This document shows positions 10,150-19,708 of a stretch of 64,000 bases of DNA, piece by piece; the first letter of the stretch is position 1; the number at the start of each line of letters is the position of its first letter. The stretch is from contig SYJA01000003.1 of the NCBI GenBank assembly GCA_005798555.1, positions 2,626-66,625 on the forward strand, written 5' to 3'. Below the pieces are notes generated by a model, which saw only the letters and a program-made list of their open reading frames with translations, was not told the DNA's origin and did not search any database. Source of the stretch: Actinomycetota bacterium. Lineage in GTDB: Bacteria > Actinomycetota > Actinomycetes > S36-B12. Made by a program: the position numbers and the translations under genes.

Positions 10150-10846
10150 CGGCGGCCCGCCGCTTCGCGAGAATTGCCTCGGCCAAGATTAGGTCGATCG
10201 GACGCGTGACTTTGAAGGCTTCTTCGCGGCCCGCGATCACATGCACCACCACCCCCATGCGCTCGACCATGCCAGCGTCGTCGGTGATCGTTGCTTCGTC
10301 AACATCCAAAGCGGCATGCGCAGCCTGCAGCACCTCGCGGGTAAAGCCCTGTGGAGTTTGTATCGCACGTAGTGTTGATCGCGGCGGTGTAGAAGTGACA
10401 TCGGATTTCGCGTCCACCTCTTTGACGGTGTCGACCATCGCGACACCGGGAACCACCGCAAGGTGACCTTGGCGCACCGCGGCCACCACGGCGCTCACCA
10501 GCTCCGGTGGCACCAGTGGCCGGGCGGCGTCATGCACGAGAACCACATCAACGTCAGCCGGCAGGCCAATCAAGGCGCGCGCCACCGACTCCGGTCGCGT
10601 ATCACCACCGGCCACCACACTGACGTCGGCTGAGAATTGCTGCTGCACCAACAGTGCGCTTACTTCGTCGACGCTGGCAGCGGGAACGGCAACAATCACC
10701 AGATCGACCGCCCGCGACTCGGTGAGAGCATTGACCGCGTGCACGAACATCGGCACGCCGCCAAGTTGACGTAAAGCCTTCGGGGTGCCAGGACCCAAGC
10801 GTTCGCCCCGGCCGGCCGCGGGCACCAGGGCAGCGGTTCGCCCCAT
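10139..10846 (-). CDS. ispD: 2-C-methyl-D-erythritol 4-phosphate cytidylyltransferase
   Basis: [33 protein letters not shown]. Confidence 0.95.
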   Translation of the reverse strand: MGRTAALVPAAGRGERLGPGTPKALRQLGGVPMFVHAVNALTESRAVDLVIVAVPAASVDEVSALLVQQQFSADVSVVAGGDTRPESVARALIGLPADVDVVLVHDAARPLVPPELVSAVVAAVRQGHLAVVPGVAMVDTVKEVDAKSDVTSTPPRSTLRAIQTPQGFTREVLQAAHAALDVDEATITDDAGMVERMGVVVHVIAGREEAFKVTRPIDLILAEAILAKRRAAGGV

Positions 10847-10861
10847 TTAGATCACCACCTG

Positions 10862-11344
10862 CTAGGAAGCTAGGACCTCGTCGAGGATCGCCTCGGCATT
10901 GTCCTCATTGGTCTTCTCCGCAAGGGCGAGTTCACTCACCAAGATCTGCCGGGCTTTGGCCAGCATCCGCTTCTCGCCCGCCGACAGACCGCGCTCGCGC
11001 TCGCGGCGCCAAAGATCGCGGACCACCTCGGCCACCTTGATGACGTCGCCGGAGGCGAGTTTCTCCAGATTTGCCTTGTAGCGGCGCGACCAGTTGGTCG
11101 GCTCCTCGGTGTATGGCTGGCGTAGAACGTTAAAGACCCGATTTAGGCCCTCGGCGTTGACGACATCGCGGACGCCCACTAAATCGACGTTGTCGGAGGG
11201 GACGCGAACGGTCAAATCACCCTGGGCCACCCGCAAAACTAGGTACTCACGGTCCTCGCCCTTAATTGACCGGGTCTCAACAGCTTCGATAAGTGCCGCC
11301 CCGTGATGTGGATATACGACGGTGTCACCGACGTTGAAAGCCAT
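10862..11344 (-). CDS. carD: CarD RNA polymerase-binding transcription factor
   Basis: [37 protein letters not shown]. Confidence 0.97.
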   Translation of the reverse strand: MAFNVGDTVVYPHHGAALIEAVETRSIKGEDREYLVLRVAQGDLTVRVPSDNVDLVGVRDVVNAEGLNRVFNVLRQPYTEEPTNWSRRYKANLEKLASGDVIKVAEVVRDLWRRERERGLSAGEKRMLAKARQILVSELALAEKTNEDNAEAILDEVLAS

Positions 11345-11407
11345 GTAGGAAAACCCCTCTCGAAGGATCTAACGATACCACGCTCCGATTGGGGTGGATC
11401 ACACCCC

Positions 11408-11429
11408 AAAAAGGCAGGCAAACACCTGC
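11408..11429 (-). terminator. intrinsic terminator after ABC ATPase
   Basis: Minus strand gcagg-tgtttg-cctgc followed by cttttt; second hairpin ttggggtg/caccccaa at 11389-11409. Confidence 0.55.
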
Positions 11430-12196
11430 TAAAGACCGCGAACCTTCTCGTAGATCCGAGTTCGCAACTTCGCGAACTTCGGGTCATTTCTGGTAGCTAC
11501 TTGCGATCGCGGAAACGGTAGATTCACGGTCACCACTTCCGACACCTTGGCGGGTGAGCCATGCAGCACCACTACCTCGTCACTCAGATACACAGCCTCG
11601 TCAATGTCGTGGGTCACCATGACCGTGGTGATTCCAAAATCTGCTCGGACCTTAAGCACTAAATCCTCAAGGTCGAATCTCGTTTGGGCGTCAACCGAAG
11701 CAAATGGCTCATCCATGACGAGGATTGACGGTCTAACTGCTAGCGCACGAGCAATCGAAACACGTTGCTGCATTCCTCCAGACAGTTGCCATGGGTATAC
11801 CTTTTCATTGCCGGTCAGGCCTACTTCCTCCAGCGAATCTGAAATTCGAAGTTTGACTTCGGCTTTGTTAAGTTTTTGGGTCTTCAGCGGTAGTCCAATG
11901 TTCTTTTCAACCGTCAGCCAAGGCATCAGCGAACGCGTGTAATCTTGCAGTACCACCGCTAAGCCCTGCGGAGCGCCGCTAAGTTTTGACCCACGGACCA
12001 ATATTTCCCCACCAGTCGGCGTGGCCAAGCCGGTCAGCAACCGGAGCAAGGTGGTCTTGCCCACGCCAGAAGGCCCAACTATCGAGACGAAATGCCCATC
12101 AGCTACGTCATAGGAGACCGCATCCAAAACATGTTTAATTCCCGAGTATGTCTTGTAATCCATACTGACTGAATCGATGGATATTGCGATGGTCAT
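11429..12196 (-). CDS. ABC transporter ATP-binding subunit (NitT/TauT/SsuB-like)
   Basis: GPSGVGKT, LSGGMQQR, MDEPFASVD, VTHDIDEAVYL. Confidence 0.93.
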   Translation of the reverse strand: MTIAISIDSVSMDYKTYSGIKHVLDAVSYDVADGHFVSIVGPSGVGKTTLLRLLTGLATPTGGEILVRGSKLSGAPQGLAVVLQDYTRSLMPWLTVEKNIGLPLKTQKLNKAEVKLRISDSLEEVGLTGNEKVYPWQLSGGMQQRVSIARALAVRPSILVMDEPFASVDAQTRFDLEDLVLKVRADFGITTVMVTHDIDEAVYLSDEVVVLHGSPAKVSEVVTVNLPFPRSQVATRNDPKFAKLRTRIYEKVRGL

Positions 12197-12216
12197 CTGG
12201 TCTTTATCCCAATCAC

Positions 12217-12990
12217 CTAAGAGAGTTTCTTTTGCCCGAAATACCAGCGCAGAGATTTGCGCTCAACGATGTCAAATACGAGATTTAGCGCATAGCCAAG
12301 CAGACCCAGTAAAATAACGCCTGTCCAGGCGTCAACAATCATGAATGAATCGGCCGCGATGAGCGTAAAAGCACCCAGTCCGAATCCCGAGCCAAGGATT
12401 TCAGAAGCGATAGTGACAACGAAGGCAACCTGAAAAGCAACCTGCAACCCTGCGAATATCTGTGGCATTGCGTTTGGCGCGCGCACTCGCCATAAGACTT
12501 GCCTTTTAGATAGGTGAAACACGTGCGCAGTGTCCAACAGCACATTATTTGTTGCCTTTACCGCATCAATGCCAGACAGGAGAATTGGGAATGAAGCGGA
12601 AAAGGCCACAGCAGCGATCCGCATAGTTGAATCCAGACCCAAAAGTAGTATGAAAATGGGAACCAAAGCGACCGGGGGGATACTGCGGACGAAATCAATC
12701 ACTGGCTCCACATATGATCCACCGCTTTTAGATGCCCCCACAATGACACCCAGCGGTATGGCTACAGCCACCGCGATGAGGTAGCCGATGAGTAAATTCC
12801 GCAGGCTGGGAACCACGTGGATCGGGACGAGGGCAAACACCCAATTCTCTTGAAATCTGGCCCAAATGTCAGGCAGCGGCGGAAAATATGGATTAGTGGA
12901 GTCAATGCTGACCCGGTACCAACCCCATACTAGTAACACTGGGACCCAAAGACCCAAAAGAAATGAGGTAGCCAAGTTTCGGATTTTCAC
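12217..12990 (-). CDS. ABC transporter permease (NitT/TauT family)
   Basis: YFPP, RSIPPVALVP, EAA-like loop, ASEIL..GLG; GTG overlaps upstream TGA. Confidence 0.88.
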   Translation of the reverse strand: MKIRNLATSFLLGLWVPVLLVWGWYRVSIDSTNPYFPPLPDIWARFQENWVFALVPIHVVPSLRNLLIGYLIAVAVAIPLGVIVGASKSGGSYVEPVIDFVRSIPPVALVPIFILLLGLDSTMRIAAVAFSASFPILLSGIDAVKATNNVLLDTAHVFHLSKRQVLWRVRAPNAMPQIFAGLQVAFQVAFVVTIASEILGSGFGLGAFTLIAADSFMIVDAWTGVILLGLLGYALNLVFDIVERKSLRWYFGQKKLS

Positions 12991-13745
12991 TTGCCCATCC
13001 AAAAAACAAGGCGTCGTTGTGCTAAGACGATTCCACGCGAAACCAGGATTCCAAGAATTCCGAGCAGTAAAACCACCGCGAACGTCTTGGCTATTTGATT
13101 TCCTGTTTGATACATGGCTAGCAGTTGCCCTAAGCCTGGTGCTCCCCCGACCAATCCTGCCACCACAGCAACAATGAGAGCCACCGATGCGGCAATTCGC
13201 AGACCAACCGCAACGAATGGTGCGGCTGCTGGCAAGCGGGCAAAGAGAATCTGTCGACCGGTACCTAGGCGGTAGCACCGCATGGTCTCAAGCAGCACTA
13301 CATCAGTATCACGGACACCATAGGCAGTTTGAATCGCCAGAGCGAAGAAATTTGCGAATACGACCAGAAATATGCCCATCTGAATTGTCGGACCTAGGAC
13401 CAAAATCGTGATCGGGATTATGACAATCGGTGGTATCACCTTGAAGAAATCAAAAGTGAACTTGGTCGATCGATATGCGAATCGACTAAGTCCTAAGCAG
13501 ATGCCAACGGGAACCGCAAGAACGACGCTTAAGACGAACCCGACAACTGCCATTTGCGCGGTTGCCAGCAACTGAGTCCATAAAATTGGCTCGGTCAGGA
13601 TGATGAAGAAAGCCCCGACTGTTGCTATTGCAGTAGGGAAGGAGCCGCTGCTCAGCGGACCAACCATCGCAGCTACCTGCCAAATCAGCAGCGCTGCCAA
13701 GGTCGACACCACTCCCGCAGGCACGCGGCGAGTGATTGCTGACAC
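12987..13745 (-). CDS. ABC transporter permease (NitT/TauT family)
   Basis: IPPIVIIP, GVRDTD..LLE, ARLPAAAP..GLR; hydrophobic helices. Confidence 0.88.
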   Translation of the reverse strand: MSAITRRVPAGVVSTLAALLIWQVAAMVGPLSSGSFPTAIATVGAFFIILTEPILWTQLLATAQMAVVGFVLSVVLAVPVGICLGLSRFAYRSTKFTFDFFKVIPPIVIIPITILVLGPTIQMGIFLVVFANFFALAIQTAYGVRDTDVVLLETMRCYRLGTGRQILFARLPAAAPFVAVGLRIAASVALIVAVVAGLVGGAPGLGQLLAMYQTGNQIAKTFAVVLLLGILGILVSRGIVLAQRRLVFWMGK

Positions 13746-13781
13746 AGCGGCTCCTTCAATCAGCCCATAGGCCCATCTTGA

Positions 13782-14807
13782 CTACGGTCGATATTGCCTC
13801 ATTAATAGCCCTGACGTATTCAGCGGTGTAGTCAGGTAACCCAGCAGCAGCATTTTATCTGCTGGACGCTTTAGGTCAGCCGCCAGAATTGTGTACGGGA
13901 AATATGACGGGTTTGCAGCCCTCGCTGTTGCGAGGTCAACCCCGGTGTACTGGAGCGACTTCTGTAGCACCTGATCCCATCCCGCCTTGGTGCTGGCTAC
14001 TTTGTTCACCTGTGAGATGGACTTCTGAAATGCCAGGACTACGGCCGGATTAGCCGCGGCATATGCGGCAGTAGTGACCCACATTCCAACTGCGTTTTCG
14101 AGATCGAAGAACTGAATTCCGGGTGACCCAAGATTCGTCATGCCGGCTGCTATACAAGCCGAGGTGAATGGCTCAACCGTGAAGGCTGCTTGAGTGGTTC
14201 CATTTACCACTCCCGGAATAGCCTGCGGGAATGGCACAGTGACCCAGTTAATTGACTTCGGGTCACCCTTAGCATTCTTCACTGCCTGCGCAATTGTTAC
14301 TTCGCCCTGTGCTGATCGAGCCGGTACCGACACGGTCTTGCCAACCAGATCCTTCCAGGACTTGATCCCGGAATTTGGGTTCACACAAACACCAGTATCA
14401 TCGAGCTTGGCAGCTAGTGCCGCATTCTTCTTGGCTTTTGCAACCTCTGTTGGTTTGTAGCCGTCTGCCGGTGCCACTACCTTCAGCGCCATACCGGCGT
14501 TGGCATACGCATTGACGATTGGGATTGATGGTGCGTACACGAACTGGACCGCTCCTGCTGCTAAGCCAGCCAATGAGGGCGGTGGTGCCGGGAAGAGCAC
14601 AACTTCGGTTACGTTCAAGCCATTCTTGGCGAAGATCCCCGAGTCTTGAGCTAGCGGAATTACTCCAGCCGCGTTGATAGCGACGGTCCCCACCTTTATG
14701 TCTGTCGTGGCCGCAGTGGCCGGATTGGCGGCCACGCCTACCAGAGTCGCGGCGAGCACACCGATCGCTCCGGCGGCCGCAACACTTTTGCGCTTAAACT
14801 TGCTCAC
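13782..14807 (-). CDS. ABC substrate-binding protein (NMT1/SsuA/TauA-like)
   Basis: AGGAGG RBS before GTG; Sec signal ending ATA; GIFAKNGLNV, SGIKSWKDLVGKTV, EPF. Confidence 0.85.
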   Translation of the reverse strand: MSKFKRKSVAAAGAIGVLAATLVGVAANPATAATTDIKVGTVAINAAGVIPLAQDSGIFAKNGLNVTEVVLFPAPPPSLAGLAAGAVQFVYAPSIPIVNAYANAGMALKVVAPADGYKPTEVAKAKKNAALAAKLDDTGVCVNPNSGIKSWKDLVGKTVSVPARSAQGEVTIAQAVKNAKGDPKSINWVTVPFPQAIPGVVNGTTQAAFTVEPFTSACIAAGMTNLGSPGIQFFDLENAVGMWVTTAAYAAANPAVVLAFQKSISQVNKVASTKAGWDQVLQKSLQYTGVDLATARAANPSYFPYTILAADLKRPADKMLLLGYLTTPLNTSGLLMRQYRP

Positions 14808-15014
14808 GTATGTCCTCCTAAGTTCGAACGGCAGACCGCCTGCCGAGGGCGAGCCTAGGCGAAACAAATAGGACACCGCAGGTGAACAGAGCAGGTCGTG
14901 CGGGCCCGAAAGGATTCTATCGGCGCCGGAACCGTGGATCACTACTCTCGGCATGGGGTGGCAATCCGATGATTTGCGGGGAAAACAGCAGCCGATGTGA
15001 CCCGCGCCACTTTC

Positions 15015-15043
15015 ATTGACTACTAGCCTTATTGACTTACTAG
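15015..15043. promoter_or_regulatory. tandem direct repeat, possible operator upstream of the SBP gene
   Basis: attgactactag (15015) and attgacttactag (15031) in a 312-bp intergenic region. Confidence 0.35.
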
Positions 15044-15119
15044 AGATTCCCACCGGGCAACTTGGGCAGGTCCCTTGACGAGTCTTCCTCTTGCAGCGAG
15101 CCGTTATCTAGTCTTGCGG

Positions 15120-16688
15120 TCAGGCAGCATGAAATGGAACAGAGGAATCATCCAAAAGGAGCAGGACTTCCTGCAACATGACCGCCCGAGCCTCGGATAG
15201 TAATTCACCTGAGTCCACGGCAATTGCCAAGTTCCGCAACTCATTTGGATCTGCCCGAAGGTCATAGAGTTCGGTGAATCCTTTACCCGCTATTTCAGTT
15301 AACCGGAAACGTTCGGTAATTACTGTCCTGATGCGCACTGGGCCAGCAAGGTCCTCGACTCCAAACGGCTGGTCTTCCTCAACGATTAGGGCCGCACGCC
15401 AGCCCGTGGCATCCCCGCTCATTAACCCAGCCAGTGATTCACCTTGGGCTTTGGGTAAGGCTGGCGCACCAGCGATATCAAGGATTGTCGGTGCTATGTC
15501 GGCACTGGACACCAATTCGCGATGAACGCCTTTCCCGGTCGCGAGGTCGCGGATAATCAAGGGCACTCTAAGCACCCCTTGGTAATGCGTAAAGTGTTTC
15601 AGAATCAGGCCATGGTCCCCAAAAATATCGCCATGATCGGATGTGAAAACAATGATGGTTGATTCATCCAGGCCGAGATCAGCGATTGTTTCCAAGATTC
15701 GGCCTACTGAATCGTCAATAAACTCAATTGATCCCAGTTCAGCTGCAAGCGCGTGCCGATACTGGTCCTCGGTCGGTGCCCATACCATCATTGGATCACT
15801 ACCGACAGCACCGCGCTTAGCAATAAGGCGACGAATGTAACTTGGAGAATTTTCGTGCGCGTCAGTAAAGGTCTCCGGGATGGGCATATCCGCTGGGTCG
15901 TGGCGCTGGAAGTACTCAGTTGGTGGCGCGAATGGGTGATGCGGATCAGGGAAGGACACAAATAGACAAAATGGTTGCTTGGCCTCGGCGAAAGACTCGA
16001 GCCTCGAAATCGACTCATCCGTTACGAAAGTTGTCGGATGCAGGGCGGCAGGGACCGCGCTTTCATAAACATGGTCCCAACTCGGGTACGTCGAGGTCGC
16101 ATTCTTCCGACCAGCCTGGGTTTGCGGATCCCATCCACGACTTCGCGCCCATCGCGCATAGTTGCCAGAAACTCGATCACCGTGCCCCGATGCCAAAGTG
16201 ACGTTGTCAAAGCCGTAATAATCATCGGGTAGCTGCACATCCTGCTCGAAGTGCCAGTTGATGTCTTCCCATGATCGGAAACTCTCGCCGAACTTTCCGA
16301 TTACTGACTCCTCATAGAGCTCTGGAATAGCCTCGCGAATTTCATCAAGCTGGTAGTCCTCGTATGGGTATCCCATCGGCTGGAAATGCAACTTGCCAAC
16401 CGCGCTGGTCTGCCAGCCACTAGCCCGCATGGCGCGCGAAAAGGTGGCGGCATCAGGGTCAAGCGGGATTCCGTTCGTGCGCAAGCCATGAACAGACGGC
16501 CACCTGCCGGTCATGATTGTCGCTCGGTTTGGCATGCAGACCGGATTACATACGTAGGCATTCTCGAAAACGTGACCTTGGCTCGCCAGCACGTCAAGGT
16601 GCGGCGTATTGACCGGCACTCTTCCCGCGAAACCCAGATGGTCTGCGCGCAGCTGATCCGCCACGATCACTACCACATTTTTCTTCAT
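15120..16688 (-). CDS. formylglycine-dependent sulfatase-family hydrolase
   Basis: NVVVIVADQLR, CMPNRATIMTGR (CxPxR), GKLH, DPHHP, FTSDHG; no signal peptide. Confidence 0.9.
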   Translation of the reverse strand: MKKNVVVIVADQLRADHLGFAGRVPVNTPHLDVLASQGHVFENAYVCNPVCMPNRATIMTGRWPSVHGLRTNGIPLDPDAATFSRAMRASGWQTSAVGKLHFQPMGYPYEDYQLDEIREAIPELYEESVIGKFGESFRSWEDINWHFEQDVQLPDDYYGFDNVTLASGHGDRVSGNYARWARSRGWDPQTQAGRKNATSTYPSWDHVYESAVPAALHPTTFVTDESISRLESFAEAKQPFCLFVSFPDPHHPFAPPTEYFQRHDPADMPIPETFTDAHENSPSYIRRLIAKRGAVGSDPMMVWAPTEDQYRHALAAELGSIEFIDDSVGRILETIADLGLDESTIIVFTSDHGDIFGDHGLILKHFTHYQGVLRVPLIIRDLATGKGVHRELVSSADIAPTILDIAGAPALPKAQGESLAGLMSGDATGWRAALIVEEDQPFGVEDLAGPVRIRTVITERFRLTEIAGKGFTELYDLRADPNELRNLAIAVDSGELLSEARAVMLQEVLLLLDDSSVPFHAA

Positions 16689-18370
16689 GCAAAGTCTCCG
16701 AACTCGACGTTACCGCCAATTACGGTAGCCCGAACACCAGATTCCGGGATCGACCACGGCTCGGTGAAGTTGAGTACTTGATCCATCACGACCAGGTCGG
16801 CTGCATAGCCCGGCGCGATCCTTCCTCGCCAGGTTTCCGAGTGGCTCTGCCAGGCACCATTAATGGTCAAGGCATCAATGGCCTGCATGCCGGTGAGTTT
16901 CTGCGCATCTGAGTACCCAGGGTCAGACCTCAAGGAACGTGTCATCGCTGCGGCCACTATTACTCTCCAGTCCGGATCCGTCACCGGTGCATCAGACGAT
17001 ATTGCAACATTCACTCCAGCGCGACACGCAGCGGCCAGGGGTTGTCGGCCCAAGCTTCGTTCCCTGCCCAAGAGGTTGGCGGCTCCAGCAGCAACCGCCC
17101 ATCTAATACTAGGGTTTGAGTTCATAGTTACACCCAGGGCGGCCATCCGCTCCAATTCATCGTGGTGCACTAAATCACCGTGAATGACATAGTGGCGAAG
17201 ATCTTTAGGGTTGGACGTGGCGGCCACGGCATCGAGATAGGCCGAGACCGTTCGGTCGCCGATCGCATGTGCCCCAACCTGCCACCCACTAGCCGCGGAG
17301 TCCGCGACCATCTGAGCTAGTTCCGCAACACGTTCGCTGTCAGTACTACCGGCTACCTGCAGGTGACCACAGGAGCAGTCGTCGTAGGGCTCGGTCACCC
17401 ATGCGGTCTTGGAGCGAGGGATTCCGTCCGCAAATATCTTTAATTGCGAGATCCCCAGTCGGCCAAATGGCTTCATTGCGGCTGGCGGGCCAAATTCAGC
17501 CAAGCCTGCCCGCACATCTGCTGCCGTGGTGCCACCGAGACCGCCAAACAGCAGCATCACATTCGCTCGCACGGATAATTCCCCGCTGTCGGCTAGATCA
17601 CGGTAGGCCTGGACCGCGCTTAGGTACCCGCTGCCTTCCATCAAGCTCACCGCACCCGGACCCAATCCCGGTTCAGTAAATGCGGTAATCCCGCGAGTCA
17701 AAAGATCGCTCTGCGCCGTGAGAATTGCTGCACGTTCCGCGATCGGAGACAGTAGTGGTGCTATTTCATTCACTCGCCGAACGGCACCTTCCAGGATGAG
17801 CCCCGTCGGCACACCATGCTCATCACGGACGAAGGACCCGCCCACTGGATCAGTTGTCTGCTCTGTGATCCCAGCGAGCCGCATCACGAGTGAGTTTCCG
17901 ACGCCCTGGTGCCCGGTCATGTCGGTCAAGAACACCGGCACGTCCGGCTGTACTTCGTCAAGGTCGGCCGCGCAGACCGTCCCGCCGGGCCCGGTACCTT
18001 GGATTCGACCGGCATCCCAGCCGTTCCCGCGGATCCAGCCCGATTCATTAGCGCCCGCGCTGCGCAAAATAATTTTGAGGTCACCCAGCGTCTCGGCCTT
18101 TTGAAAATCTACCGAAATCAGGGCCCGGCCAAAATAGAAAGCGTGCAGGTGGGAGTCATCTATGCCCGGCAATACAGTGCAGCCCATCAAATCAACGCCA
18201 CCTGATTCAACGGATCGAACCCGCTCCGCTAATGGCTCAACGACGTCAATGACGCCATCGCGAATCACGATCCTATGCAAGCCGGATCCGTACGGGCCCA
18301 AGTCAACATTGACCAATTCCAAATCGCGACTCCAATTCACGCCATCATCGTCATGGGTTCCCAGGCCCAC
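16685..18370 (-). CDS. metal-dependent amidohydrolase (Amidohydro_3, YtcJ/NfdA-like)
   Basis: PGIDDSHLH, LKIFADG, AHAIGD, HG, SSDAPV, GRIAPGYAADLVV; start codon uncertain. Confidence 0.88.
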   Translation of the reverse strand: MGLGTHDDDGVNWSRDLELVNVDLGPYGSGLHRIVIRDGVIDVVEPLAERVRSVESGGVDLMGCTVLPGIDDSHLHAFYFGRALISVDFQKAETLGDLKIILRSAGANESGWIRGNGWDAGRIQGTGPGGTVCAADLDEVQPDVPVFLTDMTGHQGVGNSLVMRLAGITEQTTDPVGGSFVRDEHGVPTGLILEGAVRRVNEIAPLLSPIAERAAILTAQSDLLTRGITAFTEPGLGPGAVSLMEGSGYLSAVQAYRDLADSGELSVRANVMLLFGGLGGTTAADVRAGLAEFGPPAAMKPFGRLGISQLKIFADGIPRSKTAWVTEPYDDCSCGHLQVAGSTDSERVAELAQMVADSAASGWQVGAHAIGDRTVSAYLDAVAATSNPKDLRHYVIHGDLVHHDELERMAALGVTMNSNPSIRWAVAAGAANLLGRERSLGRQPLAAACRAGVNVAISSDAPVTDPDWRVIVAAAMTRSLRSDPGYSDAQKLTGMQAIDALTINGAWQSHSETWRGRIAPGYAADLVVMDQVLNFTEPWSIPESGVRATVIGGNVEFGDFA

Positions 18371-18494
18371 GTCAAGATCCCCTTTCGTTACTTCCGGCGG
18401 GAGACAGCTGGTTGGATCGGACCGATTTCGATGGACGGCCCGCGTGGACGGGATCCGCTCGCGACGGTGCCTTTTGCTCCGCTACCCTCTGCCT

Positions 18495-19031
18495 GTGACC
18501 TCAATTACGCGCCGGCCGCACGCCACCCGCCCCGCCCTTGCACTAGCGACCATCGCCGTCGCGCTGACCGCCACACTAAGTGGCTGCTACAGCGGGTTTC
18601 GGGCGAATACCTACGAGCAGAGCCTGATGAACTCTGGCAACGGCACCCAGGCGCAGATCGGGGAGATTCGCATCGAGAATGCCACTTTGGTGCTCGGACC
18701 CGACGCCGCTGGCACCGCAACCCTGACCACCACCCTAGTCAACCAAGGCGATGCACCGGATTCGCTAATCGGCCTTGAGATCGACAACAAACCCGTCTAT
18801 GTCACACCCGGTGCCGGTGAACTTGCCGCTGGCGCCGCTGTATCGTTTGGTTACAACAGTTCAAATTGGATTAATTCATATGAATTTACCGCGCCGGTGA
18901 GCACCTATGTGCCCGTGAAGATTCAGTTTCGGGATGCCGGGATAGTGCTGCTAAGCGTGCTCACCGTTCCGCCTACCGGTATCTATGCCGGACTTGCGCC
19001 CGAACCAACCACTTTGCCTGCTACTAGCTAG
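18495..19031 (+). CDS. lipoprotein (LpqE/DUF461-like)
   Basis: Lipobox LSGC; IRIENATLV, NQGDAPDSL, F.DAG.V.L.V; usual neighbour of carD and phoP/regX3. Confidence 0.75.
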   Translation: MTSITRRPHATRPALALATIAVALTATLSGCYSGFRANTYEQSLMNSGNGTQAQIGEIRIENATLVLGPDAAGTATLTTTLVNQGDAPDSLIGLEIDNKPVYVTPGAGELAAGAAVSFGYNSSNWINSYEFTAPVSTYVPVKIQFRDAGIVLLSVLTVPPTGIYAGLAPEPTTLPATS

Positions 19032-19708
19032 TTGTCCAGCTTGTAGCCTAGACCACGAACGGTTAGTAGGTGCACCGGTTTAGTCGGATCCTCTTCGATC
19101 TTGGCGCGCAGCCTCTTTACATGCACGTCGAGTGTCTTGGTGTCGCCGACGTAGTCGTGACCCCAGACCCGATCGATCAGTTGTGAGCGGGTGACTACCC
19201 GGCCACTGTTGCGAACAAGAACCTCGAGTAAGTCAAACTCTTTTAGCGGCATCGAAACTACTTCACCGCGAACGCTGACAATGTGACGGTCAATATCCAA
19301 ACGCACCGGGCCCGCTTCAACTACGAGCGGCAATATTTCCTCGAAATCACCATGCCGACGCAACACCGCGCGCACTCTGGCTAGTAGTTCGCGTGAGGAA
19401 AATGGCTTTGTCACATAGTCGTCGGCGCCCAGTTCGAGCCCAACGACCTTGTCAACCTCACCATCCTTAGCCGTGACCATGATGATCGGCACAAGGGACT
19501 TAGCGCGTACCTGCCGGCAGACCTCGGTACCTGAGACGCCAGGAAGCATCAGATCAAGCAGGATCAAATCCGCACCGTTCTTCTCGAAATCCTCGAGCGC
19601 CTTGTTGCCGTCACCGGCCACTTCCACCTCATAGCCTTCTTTGCGAAGCATGAATGAAAGCGCTTCGGAGAAAGATTCCTCATCTTCAACTACCAAAATT
19701 CGGGTCAA
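19028..19708 (-). CDS. regX3: OmpR-family response regulator RegX3/PhoP
   Basis: ILVVEDEES, LLDLMLPG, KVVGLELGADDYVTKPFS, DYVGDTKTLDVHVKRLR; TTG overlaps kinase stop. Confidence 0.9.
   Translation of the reverse strand: MTRILVVEDEESFSEALSFMLRKEGYEVEVAGDGNKALEDFEKNGADLILLDLMLPGVSGTEVCRQVRAKSLVPIIMVTAKDGEVDKVVGLELGADDYVTKPFSSRELLARVRAVLRRHGDFEEILPLVVEAGPVRLDIDRHIVSVRGEVVSMPLKEFDLLEVLVRNSGRVVTRSQLIDRVWGHDYVGDTKTLDVHVKRLRAKIEEDPTKPVHLLTVRGLGYKLDN

Noticed and set aside
12991-13278. Long N-terminal extensions in the ORF track (permease 13278, SBP 15053, lipoprotein 18162, DUF2516 25488, dtd 28851)
   Set aside because: They overlap neighbouring genes or promoters and lack family similarity; downstream starts have RBS, -10 or stop-start overlaps.
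11345-18494. Target-site duplication at the islet borders (cccctctcg vs cccctttcg)
   Set aside because: Both are minus-strand ribosome-binding sites (carD and amidohydrolase); the match is too short and imperfect.
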